Source: Macrostomum hystrix (Eukaryota > Animalia > Platyhelminthes). Taken from it: 64,000 nt of DNA. A program made the translations under genes and the position numbers. The notes below the pieces were generated by a model. That model saw nothing but the letters and a program-made list of their open reading frames with translations, did not search any database and was not told the origin of the DNA. Location: positions 310,001 through 374,000 of the forward strand of contig CATNEN010000038.1 of assembly GCA_950097015.1 (NCBI GenBank), in the 5' to 3' direction. Of the stretch, positions 46,890 through 57,708 are shown one piece after another (the first letter of the stretch is position 1; every line of letters begins with the position of its first letter).

Positions 46890-48780
46890 TCAGCGGCAGC
46901 ACACGTGCAGGTGCAGCTCGCCCTTGTACGGATTCCAGGCGCTGAACGTGCAGTCGTTAGAGTCGGCCGGGCTGTGGCACTTGATGGCCGAATCGCCGAG
47001 CTTCGCCTTGCTGATCATGCCGCTGCTGGACGTGTCCAACTCGATGGACTTCATGAAGCCGGAGCTCCTGGTGAAGCCAGGCGGACAGCTGCCACCGTTT
47101 GACAGCAGGCAGTAGCTGTACTGCGTCGGGAAAGTGGCTGAAACAAAAAAAGCTCAGCAATCGAGCACGAGTTCGGTTAGCGAATAATTTTTATTGGAAT
47201 GAAGAAGCTGCTCTCCACGCACCCTGTGGCATGATGGTTTCCTTGAGCTTAGCAGTCTCATTGTGCTCCTGCCTCACAATGACACTAAGCGAGGCGCTCT
47301 GCTGGTAGATGGTGAGCTGCATGTGGTTGCTGACGAGTTCTCGTCTGGATCTGTAGGACTGCTCGTTGATTCGCACCAGGCGCATTGGGCGAACCACGAA
47401 TCTCTCGCCGTTCCACTCGACATTCATATTTGACGAGGCCAGCTTCTGGTTGATCTCGTCCATGGAGTAGAAGTCCTTTAAGGCGGACTGGCTGCGGCTT
47501 GCTGAGCCGCCGCCAGCTGAAGAGTGGCCGCTGCGAACCTGGCCGCCAATTGAGAAGCTCGAAATGCCGACGGAGCCACCAACAGAGACGGAACGGCTGG
47601 AGTCGGAACCGAAGAGCTCCCTGGCCACGTCGCTGCCGCTCAGGTAGTCCCTATTCACCTTGAGCTGCCCAGTCGACTCGTTCTTCTTGAATGTGTTGCT
47701 TGCCTCGCGAACCACTCGATCTGGTCGGGCGAATGCGGGATTCCAGAAGACGCTGTCCCATTTGCTATTGTCCAGGCTGCTGGAGAGGACCTCGTCCTGC
47801 TTTAGCGCGCCCTCAATCAGCTTCATAATGTTCATCTCGTCGTACTTCTCGACATACTCCGTCGATCGGATCGTGGTGGCGCGAACCGAAGAATACGTCT
47901 CGTGCACCATCTTGTTGAAGTCGTCCGCACGCATATATCTTGCGAATGAGATTTCGGGTTCTTTTGCAAAATCAGCAAGGTTTTACGTTTGAAATCTCTC
48001 AATTAGTAGATTTTACCTGTAATTTCCATCCGACGGCAGTAGCAGCAGCTTGGAGAAGGTGGTCGATTGCATGAGGTTGTCAGTCGAGACGGTCACGGTC
48101 TTGCTGGCCGACTTCTGCGCAGTCAGGAAGCAGTCCAGCTTCAGGCTGTCCAGAGACTCCGGGTCCTCCATCACCTTCGTTTTGAGCATGGCGCACTGGG
48201 ATTCGTTCTTGCACGCGAAGGTCAGCGTGATCAGTCGCGGCAGGTGATGAGTCGCCATGAACTCCGTCTCCATGACGAGGTTCTTCACAATGGGTCGACT
48301 GCGTGACTGCCACTGGAAGCGGACTCGCTCCATTGGTAGCAGCTTCACTTCTGGGTACCTGACACCTTTGACTCTGGTCAGGTAGTCATAGACACTCGCT
48401 GAAAGTCGTTTAGTTTTCATAGAAATCATGAGCACACAATCGATGTTTTATATAATGCATCTTAAATGCGTGCCGTGCTCACTTTGCAGCTCGGTGTCCC
48501 ACATGATGACGCTGAATCGCAGCTCCCAGAACTCTGTGAACGGATTGTACATCAGACTGCCGGAGCGATGGTCCAGCAGCACCAGCGGTGTAATGTAGAA
48601 CGTGCTGTTCTTGGTCAGGTGCTTGAAAATTGACAAAATGAACTGGTTCTTGTAGCGAAACTGGGCGAACTCAGCGGTGTTGTACTGGCTGTGCCAGAAA
48701 CTGCCAGTGCCCTGAGCCGGCTGCAGCTGGCAGGTGCCCAGCAGCAGGAAGGAAAGTAGGATGGTCACAGATGCGGGCAT
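46890..48780 (-). CDS. Secreted protein, paralogue B (547 aa): unrecognised core with amphipathic hairpin + C-terminal ApeC-like Cys domain
   Basis: Exons 48780-48483, 48398-48017, 47938-47223, 47137-46890 (1644 nt); introns of 78-85 nt; clear homology to paralogue A (FYITPLVLLDHRSGSL, ETYSSVRATTIRSTEYVEK, FARPDRVV, NVEWNGERF.VRPMRLVRINEQ). Confidence 0.87.
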
Positions 48781-49309
48781 CGTCGAATGCTGTTAATAAA
48801 AAAAACGGAGGCCGAAAGTTTTAGTCGAAAACTTCGCTTATAAGCTGTTGTTGCAGAAAGAAGTGTTTGTCATGGAGGTCCGCTGCGGCGAAATGCACCG
48901 AATTTCACATCAAAAACTGTGCCAGATTAGATAAGAGCTTGAAGAGAAAATTCACTGGAGCTAAGGCATGATTGGGCATCAGCAAATTCCTTAACTGAAG
49001 CGACCTAAGTTCGTTAGGCAGAGGGAGGTGCTTATACTTCAGAGAATCAGTATTATCAGAAGTCACGAGGTTTAAAAAAGTTGCATACGTGCAAATGTAT
49101 TCTATTGTGAGTCTTAAAAATATAGCCAGCAGATTAGGAGTAAAAAAAATTTACAATGCTACTTTAAGTATGATATAATGCGAAGACGAGCTGTCCAGCT
49201 GTACAGGGGAAGCGGAATTTCAGCAAAGCTCCAGTCTTTGACCTGTGGCTCTCAGCCACAACAAATTAAGCTAAGGCGATGAATTAGTGTTTCGGTTAGC
49301 AGGGTTAAG

Positions 49310-49778
49310 AATATACCAATATTGATAGGCTGCAGAGGGCTGAAACGAGGTAAAACGTCGAGGCGTGAAACGCATTTCACGGCCCGCCCGCTGTGCATAT
49401 CGATGGAATTCGGCCATAGACAACAGCAGAGGGCGGGCTGCCGTTAGTTTCAACCTCGTTTCATCACGCGTAGGCTAACTACAATGGGAGCCTTGGCCCC
49501 CGCGGTCAACTTTATTTGGTTCAGATAATCTATGGTAAAAAGGGAAGGCTAGTATTGTAGTTAGCCAACGCGTGTTGAAACGAGGTTGAAACTAACGGCA
49601 GCCCGCTCTCCGCTGTTGTCTATGGCCGAATTCCATCGATAAGCACAGCGGGCGGGCCGTGAAACGCGTTTCACGCCCGCTAACTACAACACTAAAATAT
49701 GGATATGTTGCTTGGGCTGAAACGAGGTAAAATGTCGAGGCGCGTCGCGCCTCTGCAGCCTATCAATATTGGTATATT
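49310..49778. mobile_element. Palindromic MITE-like element
   Basis: 29-bp terminal inverted repeats AATATACCAATATTGATAGGCTGCAGAGG, plus ~125-bp internal inverted arms (49361-49485 / 49553-49677). Confidence 0.75.
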
Positions 49779-49987
49779 GCTTGGTGGAATAAGCGGGGTT
49801 GTTTGATGGAAATAAAAGAAAGTTGTGTGTCGTAACTAAGTTCTAGACTTATTGGAAAGGAGCTGAAACTGAAACAAGACCATGCGCCCTCTCTGATTGG
49901 TCGCAGCCTGGACCGGCTCTCAGTAGAAAACTAGATTCATACCGCCAGTGTTGGCAAGCGATAGGTTAGCCTGAACGCTGCGCAACA

Positions 49988-50905
49988 ATGTCTCACAGAA
50001 GGAAGCAACAGCTGAACTGCCTCGCCGGACATTTGCACCTGTGGCTTCTGCTGCCGCTGCTGCTGCTGCAGCTCAAGTGCGCGGCGCAGCTGCAGAATGC
50101 CGATCACATGGGCGGTGTTTCGGTGCGCCTGGCACTGCAAAACCAGCAGCAGCAGCACCTGTTGCAGCAAAAGAAGACAAAGCAGGAGCAGGAGGAGAAG
50201 CCGCAGCAGCCGCTGACGGAGCAGCCGCTGACGGAGCAGCCGCCCAAGCCTGGCCAAAAACAGCTGCGCCGAGGCAAGCTGGCGAAGCTGCTGGGCAGCC
50301 AGGCCCAGGAAGATCTGCGGCTCGGCTGGTTGTCGATTCGAGCCAGAAATGTTGACCCTGGCGCTGTTGAGATGCAGCCGGAGCAGCAGCGGCTGCTGAA
50401 CAGGCAGCTGGCCGCCGTAAACGCCTCGCAGCCGTTTGTCCGCGGCTGGCTGGTCCGCCTGGCCGCCTGCCCTGGTCGGGCCAGCTGGACGGACCTGGGC
50501 GAGGACTTCTGGCCGCGGTGGGCGCGAAACGTCTACTGCGACGGTGACGGCGACAGCGGAGACGGTGGGGCGTTCTGCGGCTGGCCGGCCGGCCTCCTGC
50601 GCTGCGGGGCTCAGCGCAAGCAGCGGCCGCGGCGTCTCCAACTGCTGCGCTGGCGCTGCCAAGCTGGCGGGCTGGAGGCTCGACTTCGACGACTCCGCCT
50701 GCGTAGGCAGCGCAAACGTCGGCATCGTGGAGACAAGGCCAAGGCTAATAGTCAGAAGACTAGAAAGCGCTGGACTAGACGGTTGAGGAGCATTGCCGAC
50801 CGGCTGTCCCTGGTCACTGGCAACTTTAAATGCCGATGGGCGCCAGATGAGGTCAGCGTGGTCAGCGAGATCTGCGTCTGCGGCGGCAGTGGCGTGAGGG
50901 AGTGA
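49988..50905 (+). CDS. nlg: Noggin-like protein (305 aa, intronless) with basic insertion between Cys5 and Cys6
   Basis: Signal peptide; WL..LAACP...WTDLGEDFWPRW....C...C.WPAG..C...LLRWRC-[57 aa]-CRW......VSEICVC, matching the noggin cystine-knot pattern. Confidence 0.85.
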   Translation: MSHRRKQQLNCLAGHLHLWLLLPLLLLQLKCAAQLQNADHMGGVSVRLALQNQQQQHLLQQKKTKQEQEEKPQQPLTEQPLTEQPPKPGQKQLRRGKLAKLLGSQAQEDLRLGWLSIRARNVDPGAVEMQPEQQRLLNRQLAAVNASQPFVRGWLVRLAACPGRASWTDLGEDFWPRWARNVYCDGDGDSGDGGAFCGWPAGLLRCGAQRKQRPRRLQLLRWRCQAGGLEARLRRLRLRRQRKRRHRGDKAKANSQKTRKRWTRRLRSIADRLSLVTGNFKCRWAPDEVSVVSEICVCGGSGVRE

Positions 50906-51097
50906 CCGGCGCAGATTCGGTAAATCTTTTGTCTGTACAGCTCTGCTGAAAATAATGCTTTGTTATTCCTCCGGTGTCCCATGGTGTTTGAGACTTGCTG
51001 ATGGGATAAACCAATCAGCAAAAAGCCAAGACGGAAACTTCTAGGCACTTTGCAGCATGTCGTTTGTGCTGTATTTCAACATCGGCAGTCACAACTC

Positions 51098-52282
51098 CAC
51101 TCAGCAACAGTCAAAAGTTCCACCCCTATCGCGCCTAGTCAGGGATCCCCTCGCACGCAGAATAGCGGCGACTCTGCGGGGCATCCCCAAGATGTCCTGA
51201 GGCGGTGCAGAAAGTCCTGGGGAAGTTGCTGTCAAGCGTTTGCAATGGCGTGACGCAGCTCCGCAACATTCTGTGGTGCATTCTCTTTTCGAATGCTGCG
51301 CTTTAGAAAGTCCCAGACATGCTCGATGGATTCATGTCCGGGGACCGGGAAGACCAGCGCAGAGTGCGGATCTGTAGCTGCTCTTTCACTTGACCAACAG
51401 CATCGGCTCGGTGTGGCGGTGCGTTATCATCCTGGAGAATGCAGTTGCCAACTCCTCCGAAAGCAGCGTCGGCTAACGGTAGGAACCGAGTCTGCAGAAG
51501 ATCTGCGTAGCTATTAGCGCTCACGTTGGCATCCAGGAAGACGACATCCGTCCTTGAATGTAGCGAGATGCCGGCCCAAACGTGCACTGAGGCAGCGCAC
51601 TGTACATGCTGCTGCAGCATCTCCTGCCGCGGTTCTCGCCGAACGCGGTTGCGACCGTCTGCTTGGAAAAGTCGCGTCGCCACTGCTGCTGTCTCCAGTG
51701 GATGCGCTGCATCGCCCACTGCTCTCGGCTGGCGATGTGGGCAGGACTGAGTCGAGGCCGCTTGCGCATCTGGTGAGAGCGGAGGCCGGCCTCCCGAATT
51801 CGACGTCGAACTGTCTGGGCGCTCAGGATGTTTCCTGCTCTGCTTCTCTCACCCCACATCAGACGGAGCAGGGTGGCTGGCAGGGTGGGAGTTCGCCTTA
51901 CTATTCGCAGACGGCGATTTGCTGTTGAGCTGTTGAGCCACGGAGATCAAGGCGCTGACTGCCTTTCCCAGCGTGCTCCACGCTGCCAGTTGCCAGTCTC
52001 ACGGGACTTTTTCAGCAGTTTTCGAATTGCCGCTCGCGATCTTCCAAACCTGCGAGCAACTTCGCTGATGGACATTTGCCGGACCATTTTTGAAATCGTG
52101 TGTTTGTGTGGATTAGACTGAAAATTTTGACTCTTAAAGTTACGCAGTTTTGTACCATTACACAGACCCAAGCCCCCCAAGTGACAATAAGCTTCGCCGC
52201 GAGCCGCAAGTTGCGTCACTCATAATAAGTGAGAAAAACTCCATCTCGCTTGGAGGGTGGAACTTTAGACTGTTGCTGAGTA
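51098..52282 (-). mobile_element. Tc1/mariner transposon, decayed
   Basis: ~28-bp TIRs (C/T)ACTCAGCAACAGTC(A/T)AAAGTTCCACCC, TA at the right end; HTH MSISEVARRFGRSRAAI, SAQTVRRRIREAGL..RKRPRL, VWAGIS, LQDDNAPPH, W.SRSPDMNP; frameshifts. Confidence 0.9.
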
Positions 52283-52849
52283 TATTACTTTGAGTTCTCA
52301 AAACTCTCTCAATTCTGAATTGTCAAACTTACTCTCTATGGCAACGCTCTGGCTGGGGCGGTGCGGTAAATAACAGCTGGGGGGCGAGAGAGCACAGAGC
52401 TGGACGGGGTGGGGCTAAGCCACGCAGGGCTGGGGGGGTTAAACTCACAGGGTAGAGGGGCGAGAGAGCTAGAGAATGGGGGAGGCTAGCCAATCAGAGG
52501 CCTCCGAAGCGATAGACCCACAGCGAAGATAACCAGCGGGGGCAGCCAATGGACGAGCGACAACAAGATACAGAAGGGTGGGCTAAAACGGGGCCGGGCA
52601 GAACCGGATCGCCCAGATGGCTCGGGCGAAAGGGTTAGAGAATGCTGGGGTCGGTGCAAGGGCATTGTGAGTCGCAGCTCACAAAACAATTATCCACGTG
52701 AGCCGATGTGGGAGCATCGCAAAGCTCCTAAAACTTGCGAAGTTCCCGTAGATCAGCCAGACTGCACCCTTGACCTCGCTATGGCTATGAAAATGAAAAA
52801 GCCATTGTGATCGAAGGACAAAGTCAACAGCTCTACATTGAGTAGTTTA

Positions 52850-53005
52850 CTGACACAACTCGGATTGTAGCCTAGTGTTTGAGAGTCGTTTGAGCGACTT
52901 GAATACTTCAGTTCTGCATGCTAATTCAGTTCACCCAGATGCTGAACGGGCACCAGCATTAGCTGGAGTGATTTAGGGTGGGTGTGGCGTCCCCACAGTC
53001 CATGG
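52850..53005 (+). mobile_element. SINE family A copy (degenerate)
   Basis: TTCAGTTCACCCAG...ACCAGCATTAGCTGG...GGGTGGGTGTGGCGTCCC matches 165-240. Confidence 0.6.
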
Positions 53006-54665
53006 ACTGAACAGCCGTACGCAGCCTGCAGATGCGCCGCGCAATAGCTGCGGCTGTGCTGTCGGCTGCACATCTGGCCTGATTAGAGCAAGTGTAATAA
53101 ATTTCGCTAAATTCACACAATCTGGAGTCTAAATCGTAATTGGACACCGAGAATAAAAAACCGATATGGCATTCTATTAGATACCGCAATTGCTTCATTT
53201 CAGAGTCTGCTCAGCCAAACCGGCCTTAATAACTGACCACCATGACAGGCATCGAGGCAAGACATTGACAAACTGAAGATGCAACCTTTTTGTCAACATG
53301 TTTTTGTACAACAGAGTCCTTTCGGAGGCACTGATATACACTTCACCATTTATCACCAATTTTCTCGTCCATTCGATTAACACAGCTGCTTGCCAATCAA
53401 CAGAAAAGGTATTATAATATAGAAGTCATTAGTCATTACGACTCTGATAAGAACTCACAAACACACATGCTCAAAGTAAAATTAACACCTGAATGTCTTA
53501 AGCATCCATTGTTAACAGAATAAGTATATTTTTACCACATCTCGAACAGCACAGCATGGTACGATTTGAGACTTTGAGTACAAGCTTTTACCGATAAACA
53601 AGAACGTCAAAGTTGAATCTTTTTTAGTAGGACTTTAAAGTACGAATGATATTTTGAACAATGGCTTTCTTTGCTTTCATAGAATTCCAATTATGCGTTG
53701 GAACTATATCACAAAGAAAAGAATAGCCTTTTCATCTAATCAGTTTGCCCGAGTTTCGAATTTAGAACGGGGGCCTGTAGTTTTGCGGATTTTCTCTAAA
53801 AAACCAGACAGTTAATAAAAACAAAAATGCACCGACAATGCAAGTAGAGAGATGGTCATTTTGCGTCAAGACAGATGCGCATGCCACAGCAAAAATATTC
53901 TGGCACCCTACCGCCTCCTGCCACGAGCAGTTGGTCAGAATGTGTCACAATGCTGCGCTGCATGCCGAGGCTAAAATTCAAGGCTAGGACTTTCGCCTGG
54001 ACATTGCTACATCCGCCGACGAGACAGGGACTGCCGCAGCTGTGATATGCAGCTTACAACCTCGCCGCGTGCTTTAATGTCCACATACTGGCAAACAATG
54101 CGCCCTCAGATGAGGGACACCCGAGAAGAAACACGGAAGACAAACGCGCGAAAGATGCGCCATCAAGGATAATAGCACAGTACAAGAGGCGATACAAAGA
54201 GTTGTACACGCCTAGCGCATTAGGCGTTAGAGAAAGCGTATATGCCAGTCCGGACACCAGTTGCTGCGGCATGAGGGGCACATACAATACCAGCCAGCCT
54301 GGACTAGAATGCTGGTTCCTGTGGATAAGAAAAAATTTAGGCAGTATATCAAGAAAAAATTCAGTCGCCGTTGGTGGGCGCTACCCACAGAGTCGACATT
54401 CGAGGTCAATAAACGATAACAGCCTTAAAAAAGCAGGAGTAAGGAAACCTATGACACCCATTGTCCATGCCAACAGGCGAAAAGTTCAAGATTTATTCAA
54501 GTCGGCGTGACTGCGCCATCCATTTCACGTACATCAGAACTGGGGTCTTACATTGTGTTACCAAGGACTACAAAACAACAACTTATCTGTTTAGTATTCC
54601 TGGGGCTGCGGACCGCCGGTTGGGGACCCCTGCCTTAGGGTTGGCACCTCTCTTACATACAGAGC

Positions 54666-55631
54666 CAGCTGCATGCAATGGATCTACAGATAATTGTGCA
54701 GCTGCATGCAGTGGATCTACAGATAATTGTGCAGCTGCATGCAGTGGATCTACAGATAATTGTGCAGCTGCATGCAATGGATCTACAGATAATTGTGCAG
54801 CTGCATGCAGTGGATCTACAGATAATTGTGCAGCTGCATGCAGTGGATCTACAGATAATTGTGCAGCTGCATGTAGTGGATCTACAGATAATTGTGCAGC
54901 TGCATGCAATGGATCTACAGATAATTGTGCAGCTGCATGCAATGGATCTACAGATAATTGTGCAGCTGCATGCAGTGGATCTACAGATAATTGTGCAGCT
55001 GCATGCAGTGGATCTACAGATAATTGTGCAGCTGCATGCAGTGGATCTACAGATAATTGTGCAGCTGCATGCAGTGGATCTACAGATAATTGTGCAGCTG
55101 CATGCAGTGGATCTACAGATAATTGTGCAGCTGCATGCAGTGGATCTACAGATAATTGTGCAGCTGCATGCAGTGGATCTACAGATAATTGTGCAGCTGC
55201 ATGTAGTGGATCTACAGATAATTGTGCAGCTGCATGCAATGGATCTACAGATAATTGTGCAGCTGCATGCAATGGATCTACAGATAATTGTGCAGCTGCA
55301 TGCAGTGGATCTACAGATAATTGTGCAGCTGCATGCAGTGGATCTACAGATAATTGTGCAGCTGCATGCAGTGGATCTACAGATAATTGTGCAGCTGCAT
55401 GCAGTGGATCTACAGATAATTGTGCAGCTGCATGCAGTGGATCTACAGATAATTGTGCAGCTGCATGCAGTGGATCTACAGATAATTGTGCAGCTGCATG
55501 CAGTGGATCTACAGATAATTGTGCAGCTGCATGCAGTGGATCTACAGATAATTGTGCAGCTGCATGCAGTGGATCTACAGATAATTGTGCAGCTGCATGC
55601 AGTGGATCTACAGATAATTGTGCAGCTGCAC
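54666..55631. repeat. 33-bp minisatellite (GCAGCTGCATGCAGTGGATCTACAGATAATTGT)n
   Basis: About 29 units; produces four long periodic ORFs. Confidence 0.95.
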
Positions 55632-55687
55632 GTTCTCTTCGCACTCATGCACGTACAGTACACTTTCTCAACGCGCTACTCCGTTTG

Positions 55688-55920
55688 TAGGAGGGTTAAC
55701 GCGTTGGCCTCTCGCACCAAGGTCCCTGAGCTCGATTACACGATGAGGCCACATTTATTTGGGGCGCAGTCACGGAGAGAAGGCGGCTTGTCGAGCAATT
55801 CACGCTTTTGAGGGCCAAACTCTACAAAATGACAACGTCAGGACAGACGTACACTGCTGTGTAAGCGCCTGTGGGTCTACTGTCACCAAATGTGCCAGTG
55901 ACCGCAGCCCTCCTGCAAAT
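55688..55920 (+). mobile_element. SINE family B copy with internal deletions
   Basis: GGTTAACGCGTTGGCCTCTCGCACCAAGGTCCCTGAGCTCGATT...GAGGCCACATTTATTTGGGGCGCAG. Confidence 0.7.
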
Positions 55921-56483
55921 GTATAAGCATTATATTTGGGGTGTTGGCTGGTATAGTTCTGGGGTCGGCAACCTCCGTTACCTGTCCCAATCCTTTGCGT
56001 GTCTCATCTAGGCTCTATCCGTGTGTCTGCCATACATTAATCTTCTCATTTCTAGAGTGCCTAGGTCGATACTCTATCTTCTTCTTCTCAAGTCCCTGGC
56101 CCTGATTCTCAATTTTTACTATTTTTAAGACCACCCATGTGGTTGGAGATAACACAGGATTCCTATCTCTTATCTCACCAGTACTATCTTATCTGTCATC
56201 TGATTATTAAGGCCGAGAAAGCAAAAGAAAAAAACAAATTGCAATGAAAAGTTGGCAAAATTTTGAATCGCATTCTCTGCGTTATCGTACATTTTACCAA
56301 CAGAAGAAAAAGAGCAGTTCGCGAGACAAGCACACAGAATAAAACACACCTGATTCATTTACTTTTCTTTATTTATTTACTCGATTGGGGAGACATTGAT
56401 GAAACTGCAGTAATAAATTATAATATCACGGATGGATACCCGACAAAGAAAAACCGCATCACTCTCAACACCTGAAAAGAAAT

Positions 56484-57486
56484 TCAGTTGAGGAACTGAA
56501 AGGGATGTCAGTTGAGGAACTGAAAGGGATGTCAGTTGAGGAACTGAAAGGGATGTCAGTTGAGGAACTGAAAGGGATGTCAGTTGAGGATCTGAAAGGG
56601 ATGTCAGTTGAGGAACTGAAAGGGATGTCAGTTGAGGAACTGAAAGGGATGTCAGTTGAGGAACTGAAAGGGATGTCAGTTGAGGAACTGAAAGGGATGT
56701 CAGTCGAGGAACTGAAAGGGATGTCAGTTGAGGAACTGAAAGGGATGTCAGTCGAGGAACTGAAAGGGATGTCAGTCGAGGAACTGAAAGGGATGTCAGT
56801 TGAGGAACTGAAAGGGATGTCAGTCGAGGAACTGAAAGGGATGTCAGTTGAGGATCTGAAAGGGATATCAGTTGAGGAACTGAAAGGGATATCAGTTGAG
56901 GAACTGAAAGGGATGTCAGTTGAGGATCTGAAAGGGATATCAGTTGAGGATATGAAAGGGATGTCAGTTGAGGCACTGAAAGGGATATCAGCTATGGAAC
57001 TGAAAGGGATATCAGCTGAGGAACTGAAAGGGATGTCAGTTGAGGAACTGAAAGGGATGTCAGTCGAGGAACTGAAAGGGATGTCAGTTGAGGAACTGAA
57101 AGGGATGTCAGTCGAGGAACTGAAAGGGATGTCAGTTGAGGATCTGAAAGGGATATCAGTTGAGGAACTGAAAGGGATATCAGTTGAGGAACTGAAAGGG
57201 ATATCAGTTGAGGAACTGAAAGGGATGTCAGTTGAGGATCTGAAAGGGATATCAGTTGAGGATATGAAAGGGATGTCAGTTGAGGCACTGAAAGGGATAT
57301 CAGCTATGGAACTGAAAGGGATATCAGCTGAGGAACTGAAAGGGATGTCAGTTGAGGAACTGAAAGGGATGTCAGTTGAGGAACTGAAAGGGATATCAGC
57401 TGAGGAACTGAAAGGGATGTCAGTTGAGGAACTGAAAGGGATATCAGTTGAGGAACTGAAAGGGATATCAGTTGAGGAAATGAAGG
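56484..57486. repeat. 24-bp minisatellite (CAGTTGAGGAACTGAAAGGGATGT)n
   Basis: About 41 units with a 312-bp higher-order duplication. Confidence 0.95.
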
Positions 57487-57708
57487 AGTAGAGAGGATAA
57501 AACGAACCGTTAATAATGCTGCAAAAACGTTCTTTATCAGAGGCTGTCTATAGTTAGTTGTCAGTACGACTTAGCTTATAGACGCAACCTAAGCAGCTAC
57601 AAGGACAAAAAGAATATTAAAAATGCAAAATAGCAAACAGTTTTAAAGCAAAATGGACAAGATAAGACGGGGGGCGGCATTGCGATTGTTATAAATCTTT
57701 CGTTCACG

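Noticed and set aside
52290-52690. Possible second solo LTR
   Set aside because: One plausible CA end, but no matching TG end with a TSD.
53090-54530. Possible RT-like fragments (53090-53400, 54050-54500)
   Set aside because: Too degenerate; no diagnostic motif could be confirmed by eye.
54461-55811. Long Cys-rich ORFs (AACSGSTDNCA)n resembling antifreeze or metallothionein repeats
   Set aside because: Four frames are open only because the 33-bp unit lacks stops; no signal peptide, convincing start or splice context.
56505-57491. 328-aa (MSVEELKG)n ORF
   Set aside because: Coincides exactly with a 24-bp minisatellite and has no unique coding flanks; would need transcript evidence.
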